This document shows positions 30,616 to 40,658 of a stretch of 64,000 bases of DNA, piece after piece. A program made the position numbers and the translations under genes. A model generated the notes under the pieces. It was not told where the DNA came from, made no database searches, and was given only the letters and a program-made list of their open reading frames with translations. Source of the stretch: Capsulimonadaceae bacterium (GTDB lineage Bacteria > Armatimonadota > Armatimonadia > Armatimonadales > Capsulimonadaceae); the NCBI GenBank assembly GCA_965215505.1, contig OZ244065.1, positions 3,584,001-3,648,000 on the forward strand, read 5' to 3'. The first letter of the stretch is position 1. Each line of letters opens with the position of its first letter.

Positions 30616-31374
30616 ATGATTGATCTGACCGGGAGACACGTCTTCATCGCGGGCGGCAGCCGGGGCATCGGGGCGGCCACGGCGCGGATGGCCGGGGCGG
30701 CGGGCGCGTCCGTCTCGGTGAACTACCGGCACGAACGGGAGGCGGCGGGCGCGGTGGTGGCGCAAATCGAGGCGGCGGGCGGCAGGGCCTTCGCCGTGCG
30801 CGCGGACGTGGCCGAGGACGGCGCATTGGACCAGGCGATGGACGCCGCCGCCCAGTGCCTCGGGCCGCTGAACGGGCTGGTCGTCTCGGCGGGGGTCTTC
30901 GAAGGGGCCGCGCTCCAGGACATGACGGCGGACTTCTGGGACCGGACTCTGGCGATCAACCTGCGCGGGACGTTCCTCGCCGTCCGCGCCGCCGCCCGCC
31001 ATTTCCGGCTGGGCGGCAAGGGCGGCAGCGTCGTCATCTACACGAGTACGGCGGGCCAGCGCGGCAGCGCGGACTACTCGGCCTATGCCACCTCCAAGGG
31101 CGCGCAGATCGTCTTCATGCGCTCGATGGCGCAGGAGCTTGCCGGGGACAGAATCCGGGTCAACTGCATCGCCCCGGCCTGGACCGAGACGGACATGGCC
31201 GCGCCCAGCCTGGAGGCTTTGGGCCGGGACGCGGTGGCGGCGCGCTTTCCCCTGGGCCGGATCGGGCTGCCCGGCGACGTGGCGGGCGCATCCTGTTTCC
31301 TGCTGAGTGACCTGGCCGCCTTCATCACCGGCACGACGATGACGGTGGACGGGGGGATGGACATGCGGGGGTGA
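30616..31374 (+). CDS. SDR oxidoreductase
   Basis: GGSRGIG, YATSK and PLGRIG motifs. Confidence 0.88.
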   Translation: MIDLTGRHVFIAGGSRGIGAATARMAGAAGASVSVNYRHEREAAGAVVAQIEAAGGRAFAVRADVAEDGALDQAMDAAAQCLGPLNGLVVSAGVFEGAALQDMTADFWDRTLAINLRGTFLAVRAAARHFRLGGKGGSVVIYTSTAGQRGSADYSAYATSKGAQIVFMRSMAQELAGDRIRVNCIAPAWTETDMAAPSLEALGRDAVAARFPLGRIGLPGDVAGASCFLLSDLAAFITGTTMTVDGGMDMRG

Positions 31375-31557
31375 GGACCCCCGCCCCCCGCCCCTGCCCC
31401 CGCAAGCGGGAGAGGGGAGTTAGAGGGGCAGGAGTCAGTGGGACAGGAGAACAGACGGGCATTCGGCGGGCATTCCCCTCGCCTCCGCCCTCTTCTCACG
31501 CCCTCTTCTCATGCCCCCCTCTCCCGCTAGCGGGGGAGGGGCGGGGGGCGGGGGTCC
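31375..31557. repeat. inverted REP-like pair
   Basis: GGACCCCCGCCCCCCGCCCC...CCCCCGCAAGCGGGAGAGGGG and its reverse complement, between convergent genes. Confidence 0.7.
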
Positions 31558-32411
31558 TACCCCCCCAGCGCCTGCGCTTCGAGCCGGCGGCCGATCTCGC
31601 CCAGGGCCTGGAGCTGCGGCAGGGTTAGGGGTTTGGGCGACCTGACCCCCGGATGCGCGGGCGCTGTCTCGCGCAGGAACGAGGCCAGGGCGTCGCGCAG
31701 GGCGGCCTGCTCGGGCGTCGGCGCGTCCGGGAGGCGCAGCGCGAGCCAGTCGCGCAGGCCGCGCAGGTCCGTCGCGACCTGCTGGGCGGGCGGCAGCAGG
31801 CTCGGCATCCCGTGGGCGGCGGCCGTCTGGGCCAGCGCGACGATCTCGCCCTCGCCGTACCAGACGGCCGCCGACCGGGCGAGCGAGGGGGTGTCCAGCC
31901 ACGCCCGCAGGGCGGGGTCTTCGGGCAGCGACGAGAGCGCCTCGAACTCGTTCAGCGACGACAGCGCGCGGGCCGCCTCCCGGTTGAACAGCAGCAGCGG
32001 CTTGGCGTCGTCGGAGATCGGCAGCGGCCCGGCCAGGCGTTGGGCCGCCTTCTCCACCGGGGCCAGGGCGGCGGGCGGGGCGTCCATCGCCCGCATCAGG
32101 GCCAGGGCGCGGGCGACAGTCTCCCCCGCCGCCTTCCGGTTCCGCTCGGCGAGCGGCGCGAGCTTCGCCAGCTTCCCCACCTGCGCGAGCCGGCTGCGCG
32201 TCCGCGCCACCTCGGTCGCCGCCTTCGCCAGCTCGGCGTAGGCGAACGCGCCGCGCGCGAGCGTCACCCCCAGGGCGAAGAACTGCCGCTCGTCCGGCTC
32301 CATCAGGAGCGTTCCGGGCGGGGCCGACTCGGGACCGTCCGCCGGCAGCCCCCACGCCGAGGCGGGCAGGGCGAGCAGGAACAGGAGGGCCAGGATCAAG
32401 CACGGTTTCAT
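31557..32411 (-). CDS. hypothetical secreted alpha-helical protein
   Basis: signal peptide MKPCLILALLFLLALPASA. Confidence 0.65.
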   Translation of the reverse strand: MKPCLILALLFLLALPASAWGLPADGPESAPPGTLLMEPDERQFFALGVTLARGAFAYAELAKAATEVARTRSRLAQVGKLAKLAPLAERNRKAAGETVARALALMRAMDAPPAALAPVEKAAQRLAGPLPISDDAKPLLLFNREAARALSSLNEFEALSSLPEDPALRAWLDTPSLARSAAVWYGEGEIVALAQTAAAHGMPSLLPPAQQVATDLRGLRDWLALRLPDAPTPEQAALRDALASFLRETAPAHPGVRSPKPLTLPQLQALGEIGRRLEAQALGG

Positions 32412-32467
32412 GGGGTCATTCTACCCGAACCGGGCGGGAATGCCGCCGCCAGCAGGTATAACAGAGG

Positions 32468-35335
32468 GTGGGACGGGGCCGCCGGGACAGACTTCCAGAA
32501 CAGGCCGGAACAGACTTGACGCGCCCCGCCGAGGGAAAGAAGACTTCCTTGTCTCCGCCATCCGCACCGCCGGCCGGGAACACACTGCCGGCCGGGACAA
32601 TCGCCTTCCTGTTCACCGACATCGAGGGCAGCACCAAGCTCTGGGAGCATCAGCCGGACGCCATGCGTCCGGCCCTGGCCCGCCACGACGCCCTGCTGCG
32701 CGCGGTCATCGGGCGTCACGGCGGCCACGTCTTCAAGACCATCGGGGACGCCTTCTGCGCCGCCTTCACCGCCGCCCCGGACGCCCTGGCAGCAGCGGGG
32801 GAGTGCCAATCGGTCCTGGAGGCGGAGCCGTGGGAGACGGACACGCCGCTGCGCGTCCGGATGGCTTTGTACGTCGGGGCGGCGGAGGAGCGGGACGGCG
32901 ACTACTTCGGCCAGCCCCTGAACCGCGTCGCCCGGCTCCTGGCGGCCGGCCACGGCGGGCAGGTCCTCGTCTCCTCGACCGCCCAGAAGCTTGTCCATGG
33001 GAACCTCCCGGCCGGCGTCGGCCTGCGGGACATGGGCGAACACATCCTCAAGGACCTGGGCCGGCCCGAACACGTCTTCCAGCTCCTCGCGCCCGGCCTG
33101 CCGCGCGACTTCCCGCCCCTGCGGTCCCTCAATAGCCCCGGCCTGCGGAACAACCTGCCCCAGCAGATCTCGAGCTTCATCGGGCGGGCCGAGGAGGTCG
33201 CCCACGTCGAAGCCCTGCTGGGTAGGTCGCGGCTCTTGACCCTGACCGGCATGGGCGGAACCGGCAAGACCCGGCTCGCCCTCCAGGCCGCCGCGAACCT
33301 CCTGACCGGCGAGGGCGACGGGGTCTGGCTCGCCGAGCTTGCCCCGCTCGCCGACCCCGCCCTGGTCCCGCAGGCGGTCGCCTCGGCTCTGGGAGTCCGC
33401 GAGTCGCCCGGCACCCCCCTCAGCCGGACTCTGACCGAGGCTCTGAAAGAGAAGCGCCTGCTGCTGGTGCTGGACAACTGCGAACACGTCCTGGCCGCCT
33501 GCGCCGCGCTCGCCTCCGACCTGCTGCGCGCCTGCCCGCAGGTCCACATCCTCGCCACCAGCCGGGAGGCCCTGGGCATCGCGGGCGAGCAGACCTTCCG
33601 CGTCCCCAGCCTGTCCGTCCCCGAGAAGAAGGCGCAGACCGCCCTGGAGATGGCCGGGTGCGGGGCCGTCCACCTGTTCACCGAGCGCGCCCGCTCGGTC
33701 CAGCCCTCCTTCGCCGTCACGGATCGGAACGCCCCCGCCGTCGCCGCCGTCTGCCGCCGCCTGGACGGCATCCCCCTGGCCCTGGAACTGGCCGCGGCCC
33801 GCGTCCGCGCGCTCTCGGTCGAGGAGATCAATGACCGCCTGGGGGGCCGGTTCCGGCTGCTGACGGGCGGCTCGCGGACCGCCCTTCCGCGCCAGCAGAC
33901 CCTGCGCGCCCTGATAGACTGGTCTTACGACCTGCTCCAGCCCCCCGAGAAGGCGGTCCTGGCCCGCCTGTCCGTCTTCGCGGGCGACTGGAGCCTGGAA
34001 GCCGCCGAGGCGGTGTGCGTCGGCGACGATGTCGAGGACTGGGAGGTGCTGGACCTGGTGACGGCACTCGCCGACAAGAGCCTGCTCGTGGTGGAGCAGA
34101 GCGGCGACCGGATGCGTTACCGCCTGCTGGAGAGCGTCCGCCAGTACGCCGCCGACCGGCTGGCGGAGGGCGGCGGGGGGCCGGAGGCGCGCGCCCGGCA
34201 CCGCGACCACTTCCTCGCGCTCGCCGAGGAGGCGGACGCCGGCACGCGCGGCCCGGAGCAGGCGGCCTGGCTGGACCGCCTGGAGTCCGAACACGACAAC
34301 CTGCGGGCCGCCCTAGACTGGTGCCGGGAGGACGAGGCGGGTGCCGAGCCGGGCCTGCGCCTGGCGCGCGCCCTGTACCGGTTCTGGCGCGTGCGCGGCC
34401 ACCTGGCCGAAGGCCGGGGCAGGCTGGCGGCGGCGACCGGGCACCCCGGCGCGCGCGAACACCCGTTGGAGCGGGCCTCCGCCCTGCGGTTCGCGTCCGG
34501 GCTGGAACAGGTGCAGGGGGACCTCGCCGCCGCCCGCGCGCTGGCCGAGGAGGCATTGGCGCTTTTTGAATCCACCGAAGACGCGCGGGGCGGGGCGGGG
34601 GTCCTGCTGACGCTGGGGAACGTGGCCTTGATGCAGGACGACCTGGCCGGCGCGCGGGCCTATTACGAGCGCGGGCTGCCGCTCTACCGCCGGTTCGGCG
34701 AGCTGGCGGGGGTCGCGAAGGCCCTGGGCAACCTGGGCGTGGTCATGCAGGCGCAGGGGGACCTGGCGGGGGCGGCCCTGGTGGGCGAGGAGAGCCTGGC
34801 CTTCTTCCAGAAGGAGGGGGACGCGGAGGGCGCGGCGCGGGCACTGAGCAGCCTGGGGGAGATCGCCCACGCGCGGGGCGACGACGACGGGGCGCGGGCG
34901 CGGCTGGAAGAAACCCTGGCCCTATACCACCAAATCGGGGCGCGCAGCGGCAGCCTCGCCGGCAGCCTGCGCCTGCTGGGGATGGTGTCGCTGCGGCAGG
35001 GGCGCGTCGGCGAGGCGCGGGCGCGGGTGCGGGAGGGGCTGGCCCTGGCGCGGGAGATCGGCGACGGCCGGAGCGGGACGGACGCCCTGGAAGCGTGGGC
35101 GAAGCTGTGTCTCGCCCAGGGCCAGGCCGCCGAGGCCGCCCGCGTGCTGGGGGCGGCGTCCCGGTCGCGGCTCGCGCTGAACGCCCCGAACGGTGCCGCG
35201 TCCCAGGCCGACCTAGAGGGGGACGTCCGGGCCGCCGAGGCTTCGCTGGGTGCGGCGGCCTTCGGCGCGGCCTGGGCGGAGGGGGCGGCGCTGACCTGGG
35301 AGCAGGCCGCCGAGGGTGCCTTGGCGGACGGCTGA
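32468..35335 (+). CDS. class III nucleotide cyclase + NB-ARC ATPase + TPR protein (true start may be ~50-80 nt downstream)
   Basis: FTDIEGST, GDAF, DYFGQPLNRVARL, GMGGTGKT, LDNCEH and TPRs. Confidence 0.88.
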   Translation: MGRGRRDRLPEQAGTDLTRPAEGKKTSLSPPSAPPAGNTLPAGTIAFLFTDIEGSTKLWEHQPDAMRPALARHDALLRAVIGRHGGHVFKTIGDAFCAAFTAAPDALAAAGECQSVLEAEPWETDTPLRVRMALYVGAAEERDGDYFGQPLNRVARLLAAGHGGQVLVSSTAQKLVHGNLPAGVGLRDMGEHILKDLGRPEHVFQLLAPGLPRDFPPLRSLNSPGLRNNLPQQISSFIGRAEEVAHVEALLGRSRLLTLTGMGGTGKTRLALQAAANLLTGEGDGVWLAELAPLADPALVPQAVASALGVRESPGTPLSRTLTEALKEKRLLLVLDNCEHVLAACAALASDLLRACPQVHILATSREALGIAGEQTFRVPSLSVPEKKAQTALEMAGCGAVHLFTERARSVQPSFAVTDRNAPAVAAVCRRLDGIPLALELAAARVRALSVEEINDRLGGRFRLLTGGSRTALPRQQTLRALIDWSYDLLQPPEKAVLARLSVFAGDWSLEAAEAVCVGDDVEDWEVLDLVTALADKSLLVVEQSGDRMRYRLLESVRQYAADRLAEGGGGPEARARHRDHFLALAEEADAGTRGPEQAAWLDRLESEHDNLRAALDWCREDEAGAEPGLRLARALYRFWRVRGHLAEGRGRLAAATGHPGAREHPLERASALRFASGLEQVQGDLAAARALAEEALALFESTEDARGGAGVLLTLGNVALMQDDLAGARAYYERGLPLYRRFGELAGVAKALGNLGVVMQAQGDLAGAALVGEESLAFFQKEGDAEGAARALSSLGEIAHARGDDDGARARLEETLALYHQIGARSGSLAGSLRLLGMVSLRQGRVGEARARVREGLALAREIGDGRSGTDALEAWAKLCLAQGQAAEAARVLGAASRSRLALNAPNGAASQADLEGDVRAAEASLGAAAFGAAWAEGAALTWEQAAEGALADG

Positions 35336-35485
35336 AGGCGGCCGTTTCTGCCAAATCCCGGCGGCGGCGCGGGCGGCGTCATGTTGGCACGAATTATGCT
35401 GTAATGATTACCAGATGCGCCGCCGCGCATCTGCCCACTAATCTTTTGAATGATCTTTACGCCCTTCTGGAAAGGAAACCGCCCG

Positions 35486-36136
35486 ATGTCCCCTCGCACC
35501 TTCACTGCCGCCCGCCTCGCTGCGGGCCTGCTGGCCCTGACGCCGCTCCTCCTGCTGCTGCCCGCCGCCTCCCAGGCGCAGACGCAGCCCGTGGACCCGA
35601 AGGCCGGGCTGCCGGTCATCACCGCGTCGTTCAACCACACCAGCGTCGTCTCCGTCGCCGGCACGCCGTTCAACTTCAACTACTACGACTTCAGCATCAC
35701 CGGGTTCACGAACGTCGGGGCCGGCAACAGCGCCTACGACATCTTCAGCTTCAGCAACTCCACGCTGGAGAAGCAGCCCGGCGTCGTCGGCGTCGCCTCG
35801 TCGTACCTGCCGTCCGGCTGGACCTTCGACGACAGCCACGATTTCGACCTCTCGACGGGCCTGATCGGCATCCACCCCGACGACCCCCAGTTCGGCCTGA
35901 TCTTCATCCAGAGCCTGGGCACGACCGCGATCAACCCGACAAACGCCCCCTTCGCGATCTTCCACCAGAACGGCGGCGTGGACCCCTTCACCCTGAACGG
36001 GACGCCCCTGACCGTGCGGGTGAACGCGCCCGTGCCGGAAGCCCCGACCACGGCCTCCTTCGGCCTGCTGCTCCTGCTGGGCGCGGGCGGCGTCGCGGTC
36101 GCCGCCCGCCGGCGGAAGGGCACGCTGCCGGAATGA
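35486..36136 (+). CDS. PEP-CTERM sorting domain surface protein
   Basis: signal peptide; C-terminal VPEAPTTASFGLLLLLGAGGVAVAARRRK. Confidence 0.8.
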   Translation: MSPRTFTAARLAAGLLALTPLLLLLPAASQAQTQPVDPKAGLPVITASFNHTSVVSVAGTPFNFNYYDFSITGFTNVGAGNSAYDIFSFSNSTLEKQPGVVGVASSYLPSGWTFDDSHDFDLSTGLIGIHPDDPQFGLIFIQSLGTTAINPTNAPFAIFHQNGGVDPFTLNGTPLTVRVNAPVPEAPTTASFGLLLLLGAGGVAVAARRRKGTLPE

Positions 36137-36137
36137 C

Positions 36138-36353
36138 GTAGGGGCGCCGCTTGCCGCGCCCTCCTTGATGGGTCGCGGCCCGCAGCGCACCCGGCCCTAA
36201 AGGGCCGGTCTACTCCCGGCTTCGCCGGTGGGCCGCCCCTTCGGGGCTTTGGAGGGCATTATCCGGGCTTCGTAGGGGCGCCGCTTGCCGCGCCCTCCTG
36301 TCCCCTCCTGCCGCCGGCGGACCCGCAGGAGGGCGCGGCAAGCGGCGCCCCTA
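36138..36353. repeat. REP cluster (GTAGGGGCGCCGCTTGCCGCGCCCT x2 plus an inverted copy)
   Basis: direct and inverted copies visible. Confidence 0.75.
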
Positions 36354-36445
36354 CAAAGCCCGAAGGACACCGCCCCGCCGGCAGGACAATCGGCCCCGCG
36401 CGGCGAACCGTGCGGGCAGTCACCCGCCGAAAGGTCACGCCCCCA

Positions 36446-38545
36446 ATGAAACCGCCGACGCTGTCGTCCCTCGCCCTCCTGCTCGCCGCGTCCCAAATCG
36501 CCGCCCTAGCCGCGCCCAGCACGGCTGCCCCGCTCGCGATTTTCGTCTCCCCGAAGGGCCGTGACACCGCCTCGGGCCGGCTGAACGACCCCCTGGCGAC
36601 ATTGGCCGGGGCGCGGGACCGGCTCCGCAGCCTCAAACGGGCGGGCAAAGTGCCGCGCGCGGGCGCGAATGTCCTGCTGCTGCCCGGCACCTACCCACTC
36701 AGGGAGACATTCACGCTGACCGCCCAGGATGACCTGTCCCCAGCCCCCGTCACCTATGAACCGCTCGTGGCCTACCCCACTGGGACGGTCCGGCTGACCG
36801 GCGGGCGGGAGGTGGCCGGGTGGAAGCCGGTCACGGACGGGGCGATTTTAGCCCGGCTCGACCCCGCCGCGCGCGGCCACGTCTTGCAGGCCGACCTGAA
36901 GGCATTGGGTATCACCGACTACGGGCAGATCACGCCGCGCGGCTTTACCAAGCCGGTCACCCCCGCCGGGCTGGAACTGTTCTTCGCCGACGCCCCCATG
37001 ACACTGGCCCGCTGGCCCAATGCCGGCCAGTGGGCGCACATCGCCGGGGCGGCCGGGGACCAGGCCGCCGGCCACTTCACCTATGACGGCGACCGGCCCG
37101 CACGCTGGGCGCAGGCCGAAGACGCCTGGGTCTACGGCTACTGGCAGTTCGACTGGGCCGACAGCTACACGAAGATCACCGGCACTGATGCCGCCCACCA
37201 TCAGATCCAGACCGCCCCGGCCACCGACCTGCTCTCCTACACGCCCGGCCACCGCTGGTATGCCCTGAACCTGCTGGAAGAGCTGGACACGCCGGGCGAG
37301 TGGTATCTGGACCGGCGGACCGGCCTGCTCTACTTCTGGCCGCCCTCCGACATCCGTAGGGGCCACCCGACCGTCTCCCTGACCCGTGACCTGGTTAGGC
37401 TGGAGGGCGTGTCGAACGTCACCCTGCGCGGGCTGACCCTGGAAGCCTGCCGGGGCGACGCCGTCACGATCAAGGGCGGATCACACGACCTGATCGAAGA
37501 CTGCACCCTCCGCAACGCGGGCGACCGGGGCGCAACGGTTGCGGGCGCGACCGACAGCGGCGTGCGCGGCGGCGAAGTGGTCCACACCGGCGAGGGTGGC
37601 ATTTCGCTCGACGGCGGCGACCGCAAAACTCTGACACCGGGGCGCAACTTTGTTGAGAACTGCCGCATCCACGATTACAGCCGCTGGGCGCGGACGTACC
37701 GCCCCGGCGTCGGCATCGACGGCGTCGGCAACCGCATCGCCCACGACCTGATCTATGACGCCCCGCACAACGCCATCCTGCTGGGCGGCAACGACCATGT
37801 CATCGAGTACAACGAGGTCCACGATGTCTGCAAGCAGACCGGCGACTCGGGGGCCTTCTACATGGGCCGCGACTGGACCATGCGCGGCAACGTCGTCCGC
37901 TTCAACTACTTCCACGACTTGAGGAACGAGACCGGCGTGAAGGGCGAGTTTCACGACGTCATGGCGGTCTACCTCGACGACACGGCGGCGGGGACGACCG
38001 TCTTCGGCAACGTCTTCGTCCGGGCGGGCCACGCCATCGAGATCGGCGGCGGGCGCGACATCGCCGTCCAGAACAACGTCTTTGTGGACTGCCGCCCCGC
38101 CGTCTCCCTGGACGCGCGCGGCACCGGCTGGGCGGCCAAGTACCTCGTCCCCGGCGGCGGCTGGACCATGCAGGAGCGGCTGGCCGCCGTGCCTTATGAC
38201 GGCCCGCTCTACGCCGCGCGCTACCCGCACCTGGCGAACCTCCTGAGCGACAACCCGGCCGCGCCCAAATACGACGTCATCCAGAACAACGTCGCCGCCC
38301 ACTGCCCGGACTGGCTGCAAATTCAGGACAAAGCGGACACCCTGCCAGGCATCACGATCAAGGACAACCTGACCGATCAGAACCCGACCTTCAACGCGAT
38401 CCAGAGCGACCTGACGGAAAAAGACCATGTCTTCGTGGACGCCGCGCACGGGAACTACCGGCTTCAGGGCGGCGCCGTGTCGTTCGCACCCGGCTTCCGG
38501 CCCGTGCCGTTCGCGAAGATGGGGCTGGAGAAGGCCCAAAAATAG
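36446..38545 (+). CDS. secreted right-handed parallel beta-helix protein (probable polysaccharide-active enzyme)
   Basis: FVSPKGRD, LARWPN, ELDTPGEWY, beta-helix repeats and VYLDD. Confidence 0.8.
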   Translation: MKPPTLSSLALLLAASQIAALAAPSTAAPLAIFVSPKGRDTASGRLNDPLATLAGARDRLRSLKRAGKVPRAGANVLLLPGTYPLRETFTLTAQDDLSPAPVTYEPLVAYPTGTVRLTGGREVAGWKPVTDGAILARLDPAARGHVLQADLKALGITDYGQITPRGFTKPVTPAGLELFFADAPMTLARWPNAGQWAHIAGAAGDQAAGHFTYDGDRPARWAQAEDAWVYGYWQFDWADSYTKITGTDAAHHQIQTAPATDLLSYTPGHRWYALNLLEELDTPGEWYLDRRTGLLYFWPPSDIRRGHPTVSLTRDLVRLEGVSNVTLRGLTLEACRGDAVTIKGGSHDLIEDCTLRNAGDRGATVAGATDSGVRGGEVVHTGEGGISLDGGDRKTLTPGRNFVENCRIHDYSRWARTYRPGVGIDGVGNRIAHDLIYDAPHNAILLGGNDHVIEYNEVHDVCKQTGDSGAFYMGRDWTMRGNVVRFNYFHDLRNETGVKGEFHDVMAVYLDDTAAGTTVFGNVFVRAGHAIEIGGGRDIAVQNNVFVDCRPAVSLDARGTGWAAKYLVPGGGWTMQERLAAVPYDGPLYAARYPHLANLLSDNPAAPKYDVIQNNVAAHCPDWLQIQDKADTLPGITIKDNLTDQNPTFNAIQSDLTEKDHVFVDAAHGNYRLQGGAVSFAPGFRPVPFAKMGLEKAQK

Positions 38546-38581
38546 GAGGGCGGGGGATAGGAGGGCGGGGGGACCCCGCCC

Positions 38582-40243
38582 CTACGGCATCCCGCCGGTT
38601 CCGTGTAGGGGCGGGGTCCCCCCGCCCTCTTTCCCTCCTGCGCCCTCTCCGCTCCCCAACGCCGCCCCCCACGCAATCAAAGCGTAATAACACACCACCA
38701 GCGGGGCAGGCGGCGGCGGGACGGCGCGGAAGGACCAGGGCGACGCGCCGAAGGCGCGGACGACGGCCAGGACCCGCCCGATGCCCCAGCCCGCCCCCGC
38801 CAGCAGCCACAGGCCCGCCGCGTGCCACACGCCCAGCAGCAGGACGCCCGCAAAGCCCAAAGGGATCAGGACGAACAGGGCCGGGACGACGAGCAGGTTC
38901 GCGAGCCACCCGGAGAGCGAGACCTGATCGTAGGAGGCGGCGACGACCGGGAGCGACCCGAGCTGCGCCAGCCCGGCCAGCCCGATGCCCTCCACGGCCC
39001 ACAGGACGGCTTTTGCGGCGGGCGGGAAGGAAATGCGGGCCATGACGCGCGGACGCCAGAAGCCGTCCCACAGGGGCATCGTCAGTGAGAGGGTGAGGAT
39101 GGTCAGGAACGACAGTTGGAAGCCCGGTTCGAGCAGGGCCGTCGGCTGGAGCAGGAGGATGAGCAGGGAGGCCGCGCCTACCGTCGTCGGCCCGTCCGGC
39201 TCGCGCTCGAACAGGACCGCCCCGAAGTAGAGCGAGGCCATGAGGACCGCGCGCACCACGGCGGGCCGGCCCCCGCAGACCAGGGCGTACAGAACGAGGC
39301 AGCCGATCAGAATCACCACTTGGAGCTTGCGCGGCAGGGTCAGCCTCCGGCCCAGCCTCTCCAGCCAGAACGCCAGGATGCCGACGTGCAGCCCCGCCGA
39401 GGCCAGGATGTGGACGGTGCCGGTATGCACGAAGTCCGCCAGCAGGTCCGGCGACAGCTCGGTCCGGTGCCCAATCAGGATTCCTGACAGCACGGCCGCC
39501 TCGGTCGGCGGCAGCCCGTCGTGCAGGGCATCCAGCACGCGCCGCCGCACGGCCACGGCCAGGTGCAGGAACGGGTTGAGCCGGGTCGGCCCCAAATCGG
39601 TGACCGCGCCGGGCCGCTTCACCCGTAATTCGCAGTAGACCGCCTGCCGCGCCAGATAGTCCCGCCAGGAGAACGCGCCGGGGTTCGTCGCCCCTTCGGG
39701 CGTCACCAGCGTCCCTTCCAGACGCACCCGGTCGCCGTAGTCCAGGCCCAGCCCGTGCGCCGCGTCCGGCTCCAGAGTCACGGCCGCCTCGCCCGACGCG
39801 CTTGACTCCCGCCCCGACGCCCTGACGCCCTCCGCCCGCAGGAAGAACGTCCACCGCCCCCCGCGCCGCGCCTCGGGGTCGCTGACCACGGTTCCGGTGA
39901 CCGTCACCGGTGCGGGCCGGTCCGCCCAATGGGACACGCCCGTGGCCGCCACCGTCTGGAACGAGGCCAGCCGCAAGGCCCCCGTGCCCAGCCCCAGCAG
40001 GAGCAGCCCGGACACGAAAAAGGCCGGGCGACGCCCCAGCGCCAGCCCGGCCAATCCTATTGCCGCGAGGCAGAGCGCGGCGGCGAGCGGCAGCCACCCC
40101 GACGCCCCCATCCCGATGCCCGTCGCGAACGCCGCCGCCCAGGCCAGAAGCGGCCGGTGCTGTATCCCCAAAAGCGCCCTCCGTGGAAGTTCATTCCTAA
40201 AGCCCCCGCGCGTGGCGTCGTTTCCTGCGCCGGGCGATCGCAA
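38582..40243 (-). CDS. comEC: ComEC/Rec2 competence protein (OB + Competence domains, no beta-lactamase domain)
   Basis: TNPGAFSW, TGTVHILASAGLHV, PAVVRAVLM, PGFQLSF and LANLL motifs. Confidence 0.85.
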   Translation of the reverse strand: MRSPGAGNDATRGGFRNELPRRALLGIQHRPLLAWAAAFATGIGMGASGWLPLAAALCLAAIGLAGLALGRRPAFFVSGLLLLGLGTGALRLASFQTVAATGVSHWADRPAPVTVTGTVVSDPEARRGGRWTFFLRAEGVRASGRESSASGEAAVTLEPDAAHGLGLDYGDRVRLEGTLVTPEGATNPGAFSWRDYLARQAVYCELRVKRPGAVTDLGPTRLNPFLHLAVAVRRRVLDALHDGLPPTEAAVLSGILIGHRTELSPDLLADFVHTGTVHILASAGLHVGILAFWLERLGRRLTLPRKLQVVILIGCLVLYALVCGGRPAVVRAVLMASLYFGAVLFEREPDGPTTVGAASLLILLLQPTALLEPGFQLSFLTILTLSLTMPLWDGFWRPRVMARISFPPAAKAVLWAVEGIGLAGLAQLGSLPVVAASYDQVSLSGWLANLLVVPALFVLIPLGFAGVLLLGVWHAAGLWLLAGAGWGIGRVLAVVRAFGASPWSFRAVPPPPAPLVVCYYALIAWGAALGSGEGAGGKEGGGTPPLHGTGGMP

Positions 40244-40244
40244 G

Positions 40245-40438
40245 TCAGGCCATGCCGTTCAGGCCATGCCGTTCAGGCCATGCCGTTCAGGCCATGCCGT
40301 TCAGGCCATGCCGTTCAGGCCATGCCGTTCAGGCCATGCCGTTCAGGCCATGCCGTTCAGGCCATGCCGTTCAGGCCATGCCGTTCAGGCCATGCCGTTC
40401 AGGCCATGCCGTTCAGGCCATGCCGTTCAGGCCATGCC
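40245..40438. repeat. tandem repeat (TCAGGCCATGCCGT) x ~14
   Basis: perfect 14-bp units over 194 bp. Confidence 0.95.
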
Positions 40439-40575
40439 ATGAATGGCACGGCTATTCAGCCTTCGGCTAGAAAGCACCGCTTCGCGGGGCTAGGATTCTG
40501 TCCGAGTGCCGCGAAGCGGTACTTCCTGGCGTCTTCGCCGTCTAGCCGTGCCATTCATGGCATGGTCTGAACGGC
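40421..40575. repeat. REPIN-like element whose left arm is expanded into the tandem array
   Basis: TGCCGTTCAGGCCATGCCATGAATGGCACGGCTA pairs with TAGCCGTGCCATTCATGGCATGGTCTGAACGGCA. Confidence 0.75.
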
Positions 40576-40658
40576 ACGGGTGGATTTCGGCCATGGCGCT
40601 ATTGTACCAGATGCCGCCACACGGCTTCTACCTTGAAGGCTCCCCCCTACCGACTCCA

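Noticed and set aside
40245-40438. Possible CRISPR array
   Set aside because: Contiguous 14-bp units with no spacers and no cas genes; it is a simple tandem repeat, and the ORFs across it are artefacts.
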